55,597 nt of DNA from an uncultured Oscillospiraceae bacterium (GCA_964506035.1 CAZDLE010000003.1:1-55597); one strand, 5' to 3'. Counted from the first letter of the stretch, positions 29,456 through 38,584 are shown. Notes: a model not told the origin generated them from the sequence alone. A program made the numbers and translations.

Positions 29456-29488
29456 GGTCTAAAAAGGCTTTTTAAGCCGTTTTAGACC
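29456..29488 (-). terminator. Hairpin GGTCTAAAA...TTTTAGACC with a T-run on the minus strand
   Basis: On the minus strand the stem is followed by TTTATTTTTGTGTTTTTT. No annotated minus-strand gene lies directly upstream, apart from the segment beyond the tRNA terminator. Confidence 0.45.
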
Positions 29489-29622
29489 TTACAAAAGTAA
29501 AAATGGTGCAGATTGCGGGGCTTGTGTTTCGCGTAGCAAAAGAGAGTGAAGCGAAGCGGAGTGCTACGTTATTTCGGTATGGTGCTACTTGAACTATTAG
29601 GGAGACAAAGGTCTATAGAAAC

Positions 29623-29660
29623 AAAAAACAGAACACGACATTTTGTCGTGTTCTGTTTTT
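29623..29660 (-). terminator. Bidirectional rho-independent terminator immediately 3' of tRNA-Leu
   Basis: The perfect 13-bp stem AACAGAACACGAC/GTCGTGTTCTGTT (29627-29657) has A-runs and T-runs on both sides. Confidence 0.8.
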
Positions 29661-29686
29661 GTGACTCAATGCCGAGCCACCGATTA

Positions 29687-29772
29687 TGGTGCTGGTGGTG
29701 GGACTTGAACCCACATGTACTCGCGTACATCGGATTTTGAGTCCGACGCGTCTGCCATTCCACCACACCAGC
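29687..29772 (-). tRNA. tRNA-Leu (anticodon CAA), 86 nt with encoded CCA
   Basis: The reverse complement folds as a cloverleaf. The acceptor stem is GCTGGTG/CACCAGC. The anticodon stem TCGGA/TCCGA carries the loop CTCAAAA. The long variable arm is TGTACGCGAGTACA. The T-arm is GTGGG-TTCAAGT-CCCAC, followed by discriminator A and CCA. Confidence 0.93.
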
Positions 29773-29788
29773 ACAATTTAGCTTTAAT

Positions 29789-29817
29789 ACTATATCACAC
29801 AATCCAAAATATGGCAA
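29789..29817 (-). promoter_or_regulatory. Sigma-A-type promoter for tRNA-Leu
   Basis: On the minus strand it reads TTGCCA-N17-TATAGT, with the -10 element ending 16 nt upstream of the mature 5' end. Confidence 0.55.
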
Positions 29818-29985
29818 CTATTTGCACAACTTTTTTACAAAAAAAATGCAAAATTAAGAAACAAGTGCCTTCTCAAGAAAGTTTTTTCAAAACAGAAATA
29901 ATAATATAGGCAAAGTTACGATTATTTTGATTACGGGCACATCCTACACAGGCAAAAAGGATTAGCGCCTAAAACATAATTCATC

Positions 29986-30028
29986 ATAAAAAACAAAATG
30001 AGTTCGGCGCAATACCGAACTCATTTTG
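29986..30028 (-). terminator. Rho-independent terminator of the GH38-HAD operon
   Basis: The 14-bp stem CAAAATGAGTTCGG/CCGAACTCATTTTG (29994-30028) is followed on the minus strand by a T-run. Confidence 0.8.
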
Positions 30029-30058
30029 CTGTTTCTTTGATTTTTAAACTTGGTGGAA

Positions 30059-31042
30059 TTACTTGATATATTCCCAAATTTGTTCAAAAGTATCTGCGTA
30101 GTAGTCGCACAGGGGCTTTGTTCCGCTACTTTCGATGTTGCCACCGCCAAAACCGATGGTGTTGTATCCAGCAAGACGAATACTGCAAACGCCAGCTCCG
30201 CTATCCTCGATACCCACAACGTAGGCACTGTCTTGGATGGGAATACCCAATCCTACCGAGCAAGTTTCTGCATATAGCCAAGGATGTGGTTTGGGGGAAA
30301 GCTCACCAAGTGTTCCAACGGAACCTTTGCGTAGGGGAAATCCTGCCGAAATGGACGCGTCGTAAAACGCCTTTGGATCGCCCATTTGCAAGGTGTTGAA
30401 CGCCGAAAGAATCTCCGGCCAAGCCTTTTCGTACAATCCGCTTGTAACCAACCCGATTTTGATGTTGTGTTGCTTAAGTTTTAGCAAAAACTCTTTCAAG
30501 CCTTTGGATGGAGTAAAAGCACCTTCCTTTCCTCTGCCTTCCATAATCTCGTTCATCTCGTAGTGAGTGTGTTGGAAGTAAAAGTCTCTTGCGTCCTCAA
30601 GTTTTTTGTCGGGGCAGTACTTGTTGATGCAGTATTGCAAGTGCTCGGAAACGGAGTGTCCCGAAACGTGGGGCAGGTCGGCTTCTTCAAAGTGGAAATC
30701 GGGATTGTTTGTTAGCGAAGCAATGGTTTTTTGAATAATCCAAATCCAAAATTCTTCGCTTCTAACGCTTGTTCCGTCAAGATCCATCAATACGGCTTTA
30801 ACGGGCTTTTTAAGCTCCGTTTTGCGTAGAGGATAGTAAGCAGTGTAGCCCATTGCCGAAAGCACGTAGCAAAGCGTAGCGTTTTCAAAACAAATAAACT
30901 CCACCTTGCCGTCGCCGGTAGCGTAAACGGCTTTAACCCCGTTTACACCTTCAGCAAACACACCGTCACTGCATTTATGAATGTTTTTCAAACCGCAGTT
31001 TTCGTCGAAACTGCCTAAATTAGGTATTACAAATTTACTCAT
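30059..31042 (-). CDS. HAD-superfamily phosphatase/phosphomutase-like protein with an ~85-aa N-terminal extension
   Basis: Motif I is VLMDLDGTSV and the C-terminal motif is GIEDSGAGV. Its start overlaps the GH38 stop (ATGA at 31039-31042). Confidence 0.65.
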   Translation of the reverse strand: MSKFVIPNLGSFDENCGLKNIHKCSDGVFAEGVNGVKAVYATGDGKVEFICFENATLCYVLSAMGYTAYYPLRKTELKKPVKAVLMDLDGTSVRSEEFWIWIIQKTIASLTNNPDFHFEEADLPHVSGHSVSEHLQYCINKYCPDKKLEDARDFYFQHTHYEMNEIMEGRGKEGAFTPSKGLKEFLLKLKQHNIKIGLVTSGLYEKAWPEILSAFNTLQMGDPKAFYDASISAGFPLRKGSVGTLGELSPKPHPWLYAETCSVGLGIPIQDSAYVVGIEDSGAGVCSIRLAGYNTIGFGGGNIESSGTKPLCDYYADTFEQIWEYIK

Positions 31043-33876
31043 TTCGTTATAATTTTGAACGTCTCAATCTTGTGAGGAGCAAGTTGGATAGAAAATTTAC
31101 CATCAGCAAATGCAACTGCTTGTGCGTTGGATTCGTCAAGGTTAACTCTTTCAACTGATTTAACGGGAAGAATAGTGCTAATTTCAAGAGGTAGTGTTTC
31201 GCCTGTTGTGTTCCAAACACGCAAAATCGTGCCTTCGCCGTCTTCCGATTGTTTAAGTGCAGAAATAAGAACTTTCTTTTGTTGGTTGATAGCAATAAAG
31301 CTTGCCGTGCAGGGCAATTCACCAATGTGAGGAACGCCTTGAACAGCCTTTACAGGAACTTTGAAGGCGTAAGTTTGACCGATAACGTCTCCCTCGTTCC
31401 ACTTGCCTTGGTGTGGATAGATAGCATATTCGTATTCGAGTGTGCCAAAGCTGTGTTGACCGGTGTACTTGTCAAGTTCTTCCACCGTCATATTGTTGTT
31501 TGCAGTCATATAGGCGCGTTGCGTGCGAATAAGTGTAATTTTGATTGTTCTTTCGTCATCATCGCAAATTTCGTACTCACGCAGACCTTTCGTCATAATT
31601 GCCAAACCGTCTTTGCCGTCGGAAACGTCCACAAAGTTTTGCATGGGTTGGAATGCAGGGAATCCTTCTGCGTTATCCTTGTGATCACGCCATTTGATGG
31701 TGCGTGTTGCAACGTCCCACGCGCTTTCCACGTCAACAAAGTCTGCTGCGGAAATTCCGCTGGGGAAGTGCATAGTGAGTTTGTGGTCGCGAATCTCGTT
31801 TGTAAGTTTCGTGTGAAGTTTAAGGCACTTGGAACCTTTTTCCAACGTGATAATTGTGGTGATGGGCAGTTCCTTCATTTCGCGTGTTCTGTCGTGACCG
31901 TCGATGGTAGCTGCTGCGGGCAACGTCATTTTTAGTTCGATTTTGAAACTGCCGCGAAGAGTGTTGCTTTCCAACATTGTGATGTTCGCAACAGCTCCGT
32001 GAGAAGTGTAAATGGCATTTCTTCTTGGGATGTTAGAAATATGTGCCGAACCTACTTCGCCCGTGTCGGTAAAGTAGTGCATGTTGTTCATTTCTCTGCC
32101 GGTTGTTTTGTCCAAAAGTGTAAACGTACCGTTGGAGTGGATGGTAACTTTAAGGAATTCGTTTTCCAAGGTACCGCCTTCACGAGCGATAAGCTTTCTG
32201 TTGTCCATGATTTGTGGATGGAAAGCAAATTCCGGTTCGCGCATTCTTACAGCGATTGTTTTGTAACCATTTTGTGGAATTGCCACTTTTACCAAAATAT
32301 GACGACGTTTTGCATCAAATTTGATAGCTTTTGTGTCAAGTTCACGTTCTACACCGATGGAAATATCGTCTTTGGAAAGTTCAACGTACTCAAGTTTGTT
32401 GCCGTTTTCGTCAACGATATCGTAAAAATCGTCCAACTGGCTTGCTCCGCCAAGACCGATATCGCCAACGGTAGTTTTGTGACGTGGCGTATCAACAACC
32501 AACTCCAACACTTCTTCTCTAGCGTAGGGGAGTGTGTTAAACAACGTAAGAGTGTAGTCGTTCGGTTTAAATGACGTAAGGGTATCAATCTTTCCGGACA
32601 GTGCAATAACGCTACGGTTTGTACATTCTTCTGCAACGGTCTTTGCAAGAGAGAAGTTGTACATCATATCTTCGTGTGCGCGGTCTACGGCTGCACCGCA
32701 AATGCTGTCGTGTGCATGGTTTTTAAGAAGAAATTCCCACGCTCTGTTGATATTGGTGGTGGGGTATCTCTTTCCGTAGATGCTTGCATAGGAGGAAAGT
32801 GGTTCTGCCAAATTGATTAGGTTGTTTTCCACGTCGTCGTTGTACAGCTTGATTTTGATACGTGACGAGTGTGTTGAACCAAGCAAAGCGTTAAAGTTGT
32901 TGTATTCCATGGTGGTATAACGAAGTTCGCCATGATGCTTTGCTCTCTTGTAAGACTTGTTAGCGGAAATTTTAGCCATGTAGTCGTCCATACTTTCCTG
33001 CACGATTTCAACATCGGGATATATGGCGTTCATGTCGTTAACAAGTTCCGGAAGATATCTGTATGGTTCATCGTTGTCTTCCATGTTCAATGCAAGAATA
33101 TCATTGCCAATTTTGTACGGTTCAGCTTGGCAAAGAAGGTCGTCCAACGATTTTTTAAGTACGTTTTTGTCGTGTATGTAGTCAAAATCCTCATGAAGAA
33201 GGGTAAACGCCTTTTCGTAGGACTTCATGTCTGCCATGTGCGCAGGCAGTTCGGCAGGATTGTACTTGTAGGAAAGGTCTTTTAAACCTTTGCCCATAAC
33301 TGCCGGCCCGTGAACGTAAAAGAACCAGTTTGTGCGCGTAACTTCGTCAAAGGTGCGCAACGTTGTAAGCACGCTTCCGTCAGCGCCTTCCCAATCGAAC
33401 AGTGGTGTAAGCACGTGTTTGTTTGTTCCGCGGTAGAAAATTGCATTTTCAATACCGAATCCGCGGTAAAGTTGAGGAAGTTGCGAAGGTTGACCGTAGG
33501 AAGTAGCAGTGTAGCCGGATTTCATTCCGCCACCAAATTCCTTTGCCATACGGTGACCCACAATAAGGTTTCTTATCAATGCTTCGGGCGCAACGGTGTT
33601 CGTCTCCGGCAATGTGTACCAGTTAACGATAATCATACGTCCGCTTTCAATCAACTTTTTAACGCGTTCCTTGTTTTCGGGACGAACGGTAAAGTAGTCT
33701 TCCAGCACGATAGTTCCGCCGTCTACGCAGAAACATTCGTAACTGGGTTTTGTTTCCAAAATATCGATTATGTTGTCCATCAAATCCGCCAAACGAAGCT
33801 TACTTTGTTCTGCCGTGTGACGCCATTCGCGGTCCCAGTGTGTTCCGGAAATAAGATGCACAATTCTTTTTTCCAT
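31039..33876 (-). CDS. GH38 alpha-mannosidase (cytoplasmic)
   Basis: The RBS is AAAGGAGG. The N-terminal metal-site motif is HLISGTHWDREW. The protein is 945 aa, comparable to streptococcal GH38 enzymes, and has no signal peptide. Confidence 0.8.
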   Translation of the reverse strand: MEKRIVHLISGTHWDREWRHTAEQSKLRLADLMDNIIDILETKPSYECFCVDGGTIVLEDYFTVRPENKERVKKLIESGRMIIVNWYTLPETNTVAPEALIRNLIVGHRMAKEFGGGMKSGYTATSYGQPSQLPQLYRGFGIENAIFYRGTNKHVLTPLFDWEGADGSVLTTLRTFDEVTRTNWFFYVHGPAVMGKGLKDLSYKYNPAELPAHMADMKSYEKAFTLLHEDFDYIHDKNVLKKSLDDLLCQAEPYKIGNDILALNMEDNDEPYRYLPELVNDMNAIYPDVEIVQESMDDYMAKISANKSYKRAKHHGELRYTTMEYNNFNALLGSTHSSRIKIKLYNDDVENNLINLAEPLSSYASIYGKRYPTTNINRAWEFLLKNHAHDSICGAAVDRAHEDMMYNFSLAKTVAEECTNRSVIALSGKIDTLTSFKPNDYTLTLFNTLPYAREEVLELVVDTPRHKTTVGDIGLGGASQLDDFYDIVDENGNKLEYVELSKDDISIGVERELDTKAIKFDAKRRHILVKVAIPQNGYKTIAVRMREPEFAFHPQIMDNRKLIAREGGTLENEFLKVTIHSNGTFTLLDKTTGREMNNMHYFTDTGEVGSAHISNIPRRNAIYTSHGAVANITMLESNTLRGSFKIELKMTLPAAATIDGHDRTREMKELPITTIITLEKGSKCLKLHTKLTNEIRDHKLTMHFPSGISAADFVDVESAWDVATRTIKWRDHKDNAEGFPAFQPMQNFVDVSDGKDGLAIMTKGLREYEICDDDERTIKITLIRTQRAYMTANNNMTVEELDKYTGQHSFGTLEYEYAIYPHQGKWNEGDVIGQTYAFKVPVKAVQGVPHIGELPCTASFIAINQQKKVLISALKQSEDGEGTILRVWNTTGETLPLEISTILPVKSVERVNLDESNAQAVAFADGKFSIQLAPHKIETFKIITK

Positions 33877-33907
33877 TGTTGTCCTCCTTTTGCAATTATT
33901 ATTGCAA

Positions 33908-34167
33908 GAAAATCGTTTTTCATTGTATCACAAGGTGTTAGATTTGTAAATACCTTTTCACAAATTTCTATGGGATTTTTGCTTTTTTATACTAATTTTT
34001 ACGTACTTTTCTTGGCAACACGGTAAAAAATGCATTTTTTATACTGAACGCAGAAAAACGGTTTTTCATTTTTGACTTTTTTACACCAAAATTCCCTGTC
34101 TTTTTTAAAAAAGGGGCTTTACAATTTCCTTTTTTAGCTATATAATGTTTGCTGAAAAACAATTTTA
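33908..34167. promoter_or_regulatory. Cluster of A5-6-CG-T5-6-type palindromes in the divergent GH38 / 34183 promoter region (candidate LacI operators)
   Basis: The sites are GAAAATCGTTTTTC (33908-33921), AAAAAATGCATTTTTT (34025-34040, a perfect palindrome), GAAAAACGGTTTTTC (34053-34067) and GAAAAACAATTTTA (34154-34167). Confidence 0.4.
34119..34146 (+). promoter_or_regulatory. Sigma-A-type promoter for the 34183-lacI operon
   Basis: It reads TTACAA (34119-34124), N16, TATAAT (34141-34146). A palindromic site lies just downstream of the -10 element. Confidence 0.55.
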
Positions 34168-34182
34168 TCGAGGTTTTATTTA

Positions 34183-35664
34183 ATGGTTAAATTGCTAAAA
34201 TTTTCACAAATGACCGATGCAGAGTTTGCTCTTGCGCAATCGGTACAAGGTATTCTCAACCGCAAAGGTGTCAAAGTATTTATTGATATAGACAACTACA
34301 TGGACTATCTTGACGAACCATATCAAGAAACGTCCGTTTGGAATTTGTTGAAAGAGCACGCAACGGAATTTGTTGGTGCAGTTTGCTACAATCTGGATTG
34401 TAACGACGTTGCCATCAACATGGCTGCAACAATTTCCGCCGCCTACGATATTTTGGGTGTTCCACAGGTGCTTATTGACAAAGTAAATGAGCTTGGAATC
34501 AAAACACTCTACGACCTTGACGACGTAACAGGCGATAGGGCACAACGCCAACGCGTCGTTTTTCAAGCGGTAAAAGACAGACTTTCACGTACGGCGCTAA
34601 TCCACCAAGTGGTAAAGCAAGACAACTTTCATCTTATGTTGCGCGACTTTTCTATTTGCAATCGTTGGGCGTGCATCTACACCGATCAAAGTGATAGCGA
34701 TCGCGCCTTCCGTAACGAAGTGCTTAGTTACTTGGACAAGAACATTCCCGTTTACGGCTGGACGGACGACGAGATTTCCTTCGTCAACGACGTTTCCACC
34801 TACGGAGACTACGTTATCCCCATGGATTGGTCATCCAACCACAGTTATCTTGGCAAATGTTCCTGCACAATCAAACAAAACGTCAAGCGTAGTGCGATAG
34901 CGCCAAATAAACACTACGTTGCACTTGTAGTTAGCGATGGCGATAATATCCAGTGGCTGGAACGCGAATTTGCTACAACCAGCACCTTTGGACAACGTCA
35001 ACGCAGTTCAATGGACTACAAAATGAGTTGGACATTTTCGCCGTCTCTTGCCAAGTTGTGTCCCACGGTGGCAAAAAAGATATTCACCACCAACAAAAGC
35101 GACTATTTTATCAGTGGTGTTTCCGGTATAGGCTATTCCAACATGCTTGCATATCCAATCGAACATCTCGACGAGTTCACAACACAAACGTCGCAGGCTA
35201 TGCAAAACTCCGATTTGCAAGTGGTGTGCCTTTTGGATGATATCAACAACACAAAAAATGCTCAAACTACCGAATACCGTCTTTCTCACTATGCACGGTT
35301 TGACAACATCAAAGGTGGTATTTGGGAACTTGATCCCGCTTTTTATGAAGGCGGTCACGGCAAAATTTTCACTTCGATGGGCAAACCATTTATTTCGGTA
35401 AAGTATTCATTCTGGCACAAGAGTCTCGATGCAGGCAACGTTACCAAACCGTGGATTGAAGATTTTGCAAAAATCATCAACGCCTTGCCCGTATCGCCCG
35501 ATACTGATGACGGCTACACAGTTATCAACGTTCATCCTTGGACAATTTCCGTGGAAAATATCGACTACCTTGTTTCCATTTTGTCCCCACATATCGAACT
35601 TGTCTATGCTGACGAACTGATTGAACTGTACACAAAAAACGTTTTACAAAAACAAAATAATTAA
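34183..35664 (+). CDS. Cytoplasmic 493-aa protein of unknown function, possibly a distant GxGYxYP-type putative glycoside hydrolase
   Basis: There is no signal peptide. Motifs VALVVSDGDNIQW, SWTFSPSLAKLCP and SGVSGIGYSNMLAYP loosely recall the GxGYxYP family. This is recalled from memory and the canonical motif is not intact. Confidence 0.3.
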   Translation: MVKLLKFSQMTDAEFALAQSVQGILNRKGVKVFIDIDNYMDYLDEPYQETSVWNLLKEHATEFVGAVCYNLDCNDVAINMAATISAAYDILGVPQVLIDKVNELGIKTLYDLDDVTGDRAQRQRVVFQAVKDRLSRTALIHQVVKQDNFHLMLRDFSICNRWACIYTDQSDSDRAFRNEVLSYLDKNIPVYGWTDDEISFVNDVSTYGDYVIPMDWSSNHSYLGKCSCTIKQNVKRSAIAPNKHYVALVVSDGDNIQWLEREFATTSTFGQRQRSSMDYKMSWTFSPSLAKLCPTVAKKIFTTNKSDYFISGVSGIGYSNMLAYPIEHLDEFTTQTSQAMQNSDLQVVCLLDDINNTKNAQTTEYRLSHYARFDNIKGGIWELDPAFYEGGHGKIFTSMGKPFISVKYSFWHKSLDAGNVTKPWIEDFAKIINALPVSPDTDDGYTVINVHPWTISVENIDYLVSILSPHIELVYADELIELYTKNVLQKQNN

Positions 35665-35689
35665 ATTTTGGAGAAATAACAAAAAAGTA

Positions 35690-36688
35690 ATGGGAAAAAT
35701 CGTAAAAATCACAGACGTAGCAAGAAGAGCAGGAGTGGTAAAATCCACGGTTTCCAACGTGCTAACAGGTAAAAAGTACGTCAGCCCGGAATTGCAACGT
35801 AAGGTGCTTGCCGCTTGTGAAGAGTTAGACTATCACCCCAACTTCTACGCTTCGGCACTTTCCAGCAAAAAATCAAATATCATTGCGTTATTGTTGGAAA
35901 ACAGCGACAACATCGAACAAAAGATGTACAAAAACCTTATCGTTTCTTGCATAAAACAGGCTTCGTTACAAGGCTACTCCTTGCTGGTGTACTACAACTC
36001 CGATAGAGATAAGTTGTTGGAAACACTTCGTAAAGGATGCGCCCCCATCGACGGCGCAATCATGATGAGCCCATGCCTGCACGACGAACGTGTTACTCAA
36101 TTCGACTCGCAACACATCAATTTTGTGGTTATCGGTCGTCCGGAGAACGCCGAGTCCATCAGCTACGTAGATATCGACAACGTCGAACTTGCTCGTACAA
36201 CAACGTTAAAGCTAATGGAACTTAGCGGACTATCTAACGTATATTTGGTAAATAGTGCCGACGAAATGACTATTTCTCACGACAGAACCAAGGGCTTTAC
36301 CGAAGCTTGCACAATGAGTGGTATCAGCACCGAAGGTCGCATTATTTCCAGATCGGCAGTTTTGGACGAAAATAATATTGATATACATAATATAATAGTT
36401 AAGGATAGTATCTTTATTACTTGCGACGACGCCGTTGCTCAACAAGTGTATACCATAGCAAATCGTAAAAATTTGGTAATAGGCAAGGACGTATCGGTGT
36501 TTGCACTTGGTCGTTCTACCGAAAGCGGAACCTTCGATCCGCCTCTAAGCTACGCCAAGCAGGACTACAGCTTGTTAGGTGAAACGGCAGTGGACGTGCT
36601 TGTTGCTTTGATAGAAGGAACGGAACAAAAACAGCAGATCCTTATCAATAGCGAAATTATTTTTAGAAACTCAGTAAAAAAATTTTGA
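35690..36688 (+). CDS. LacI-family transcriptional regulator
   Basis: The start was moved to ATG 35690. The N-terminal helix-turn-helix is KITDVARRAGVVKSTVSNVLTGKKYVS. The protein is 332 aa with a periplasmic-binding-protein-like effector domain. Confidence 0.85.
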   Translation: MGKIVKITDVARRAGVVKSTVSNVLTGKKYVSPELQRKVLAACEELDYHPNFYASALSSKKSNIIALLLENSDNIEQKMYKNLIVSCIKQASLQGYSLLVYYNSDRDKLLETLRKGCAPIDGAIMMSPCLHDERVTQFDSQHINFVVIGRPENAESISYVDIDNVELARTTTLKLMELSGLSNVYLVNSADEMTISHDRTKGFTEACTMSGISTEGRIISRSAVLDENNIDIHNIIVKDSIFITCDDAVAQQVYTIANRKNLVIGKDVSVFALGRSTESGTFDPPLSYAKQDYSLLGETAVDVLVALIEGTEQKQQILINSEIIFRNSVKKF

Positions 36689-36738
36689 AAAAAGTATTGA
36701 TTTCCGTTTTCGAATGAGTTATAATTAATCTACGTGGG

Positions 36739-37155
36739 GAAAAAACGGTTTTTTACAAAAATCATGTAGAGCTTTATAACAGTAATACTAACTTTTTTCC
36801 CAATTTCTCGCAAAACAATTTTTGATTTGAGTATTTAGCAATCTAGTGATTGCTGTAAAATATAAATAATCTCGGCAGTGGAAAACTCGTCGCAACGATG
36901 GCACCCTCTGCAGAGGGTGTTTGCTTGAACAAAGCAAACGATTTACATTTAACAGTTTTTTGTGAAAACTTTGTGAACAACTTGTCATTTTGATTTTTAT
37001 CAGCACAAGTGGATTACTATTTGCTTGAGTAAAAAAACGGTTTTCGCAAAATGATCCCCTATATTATCGCGACATTAATTTTGTTGCTATCGACCGTCAC
37101 AACGGTGCGATTGCAAATCATTATTACTTTGTGTTCGTCGACAAAAACGATTTTA
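36739..37155 (+). promoter_or_regulatory. Three further A-run/CG/T-run palindromic sites in the 645-nt leader upstream of GH125
   Basis: The sites are GAAAAAACGGTTTTTTA (36739-36755), AAAAAAACGGTTTTC (37031-37045) and CAAAAACGATTTTA (37142-37155). Related sites occur at 35634-35646, 38652-38668 and 44834-44845. Confidence 0.4.
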
Positions 37156-37333
37156 GCATATTGGGGTTATCGCAGGTAAAAGTTCAAAGTTATTGCAGAA
37201 ATAACTGTTTTGCCGCTCACCGTTGTTTCTAACGGCAACAAAAGTTGTTGCAAACAACCATAAGCAATTTTCAATCGCAAAGGGCATTTGCGATTTATAC
37301 CATTTTCTACAAATATAAAGGAGCAATCGTCTT

Positions 37334-38584
37334 TTGAAGTATCAGTATTTATATAACTTTGTCGATAGCGTTGTTCAATCTTTGCAAGATCCCGTCGAAA
37401 AGGAAATGTTTCGCAAGTGCTACCTAAACACTTTGGAAACCACCGTAGAAGAGGATTGTGGCGACGTGTTTATCAAAACGGGCGACATTCCCGCGATGTG
37501 GCTTAGAGATAGCAGTGTGCAGGTCAGTCACTACGTGCGACTTGCTGGAGTGGACAACGACGTCAAAAATTTGATTCGTTCCGTGCTAACAAGGCAGTTC
37601 AAGTGCATTCTTATCGATCCCTACGCAAACGCCTTCAACAAAACGGCAAACGGAATGGGTCACAAGGACGTAACACTCAACAACGACCACGTTTGGGAGC
37701 GCAAGTTCGAGTTGGATTCGCTTGTTTATCCACTTTGGTTGCTAAACAAATACTATCAATACACCTCCGATGCAACCGTGTTCGACGATTTGTTTTTCGA
37801 TACCTTTGGTTTGATGCTAAAAACCATGCAAACGGAACAGCATCACGATCAACAATCACCATACTACTTCAAGCGCTTTGGCGAGTTTGCCTACGACACT
37901 TTGGAAAACGACGGCCGTGGTGCTACAACCGGCTACACGGGCATGATTTGGTCGGCATTTAGACCAAGTGACGACAGGTGCAAATATCACTACCTTGTTC
38001 CGGCAAATTTATTTGCATCCGCAACGCTCAAAACGCTGGTACAAAACCTTGATACCGCAGGAGTTGCCAATCCCTACAAACAAGCAACTTTACAACTTGT
38101 CGAGCAGGTGGACGAAGGTATTGCCAAGTATGGAATTATTCATACCGAGCAGGGCGACGTGTTTGCGTACGAGGTAAACGGTCTTGGCGACGTAAGTTTT
38201 ATGGACGACGCAAACGTTCCCAGTTTGATGTCCTTACCATATCTTGATTGTTGTGCAAAAAACGATCCACGGTATTTGCGCACCAGAAAAATAGTTTTAT
38301 CTAACAAAAATCCCTTCTACTTTAGCGGAAAATACGCTTCCGGCGTTGGCAGCCCCCACACACCGCACAACTACGTGTGGCATATCGCACTAATCATCCA
38401 AGCGCTTACCTCTTTAGATGGTGCAGAAGTGCAAAACATCCGCCAAACGCTAAAAAATACCACAGCCGATACTTTGTTTATGCACGAAGGCTTCAACGTG
38501 GACAACCATTTTGAATTTACTCGCGAATGGTTTGCTTGGGCAAACACCTTGTATGCGATATTCATTATGGATTGCGTGCTTTAG
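37334..38584 (+). CDS. GH125 exo-alpha-1,6-mannosidase (cytoplasmic)
   Basis: The motif GDIPAMWLRDS is characteristic of GH125 (DUF1237). The protein is 416 aa. The start is TTG, 10 nt after the RBS AAAGGAG. There is no signal peptide. Confidence 0.75.
   Translation: MKYQYLYNFVDSVVQSLQDPVEKEMFRKCYLNTLETTVEEDCGDVFIKTGDIPAMWLRDSSVQVSHYVRLAGVDNDVKNLIRSVLTRQFKCILIDPYANAFNKTANGMGHKDVTLNNDHVWERKFELDSLVYPLWLLNKYYQYTSDATVFDDLFFDTFGLMLKTMQTEQHHDQQSPYYFKRFGEFAYDTLENDGRGATTGYTGMIWSAFRPSDDRCKYHYLVPANLFASATLKTLVQNLDTAGVANPYKQATLQLVEQVDEGIAKYGIIHTEQGDVFAYEVNGLGDVSFMDDANVPSLMSLPYLDCCAKNDPRYLRTRKIVLSNKNPFYFSGKYASGVGSPHTPHNYVWHIALIIQALTSLDGAEVQNIRQTLKNTTADTLFMHEGFNVDNHFEFTREWFAWANTLYAIFIMDCVL

Noticed and set aside
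29546-29817. Small ORFs (64 aa on the plus strand, 82 aa on the minus strand) across the tRNA region
   Set aside because: They overlap the tRNA-Leu gene and its terminator, and the tRNA cloverleaf fully explains the sequence.
29229-30058. tRNA-Leu as a possible genomic-island integration site separating the rhamnose and mannan loci
   Set aside because: There is no integrase or recombinase, no duplicated tRNA 3' fragment (att-like repeat) in the window, and no visible change in composition across the junction.
36788-37006. A 72-aa minus-strand ORF in the lacI-GH125 spacer
   Set aside because: It has no RBS, it spans three perfect hairpins, and it has no recognisable features. The region is better explained as structured non-coding sequence.
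37051-37179. A 42-aa hydrophobic ORF (MIPYIIATLILLLSTVTTVRLQIIITLCSS...) in the GH125 leader
   Set aside because: There is no Shine-Dalgarno sequence upstream, and it overlaps an operator-like palindrome. In A/T-rich sequence such an ORF is plausibly chance. It is kept only as a remote leader-peptide possibility.
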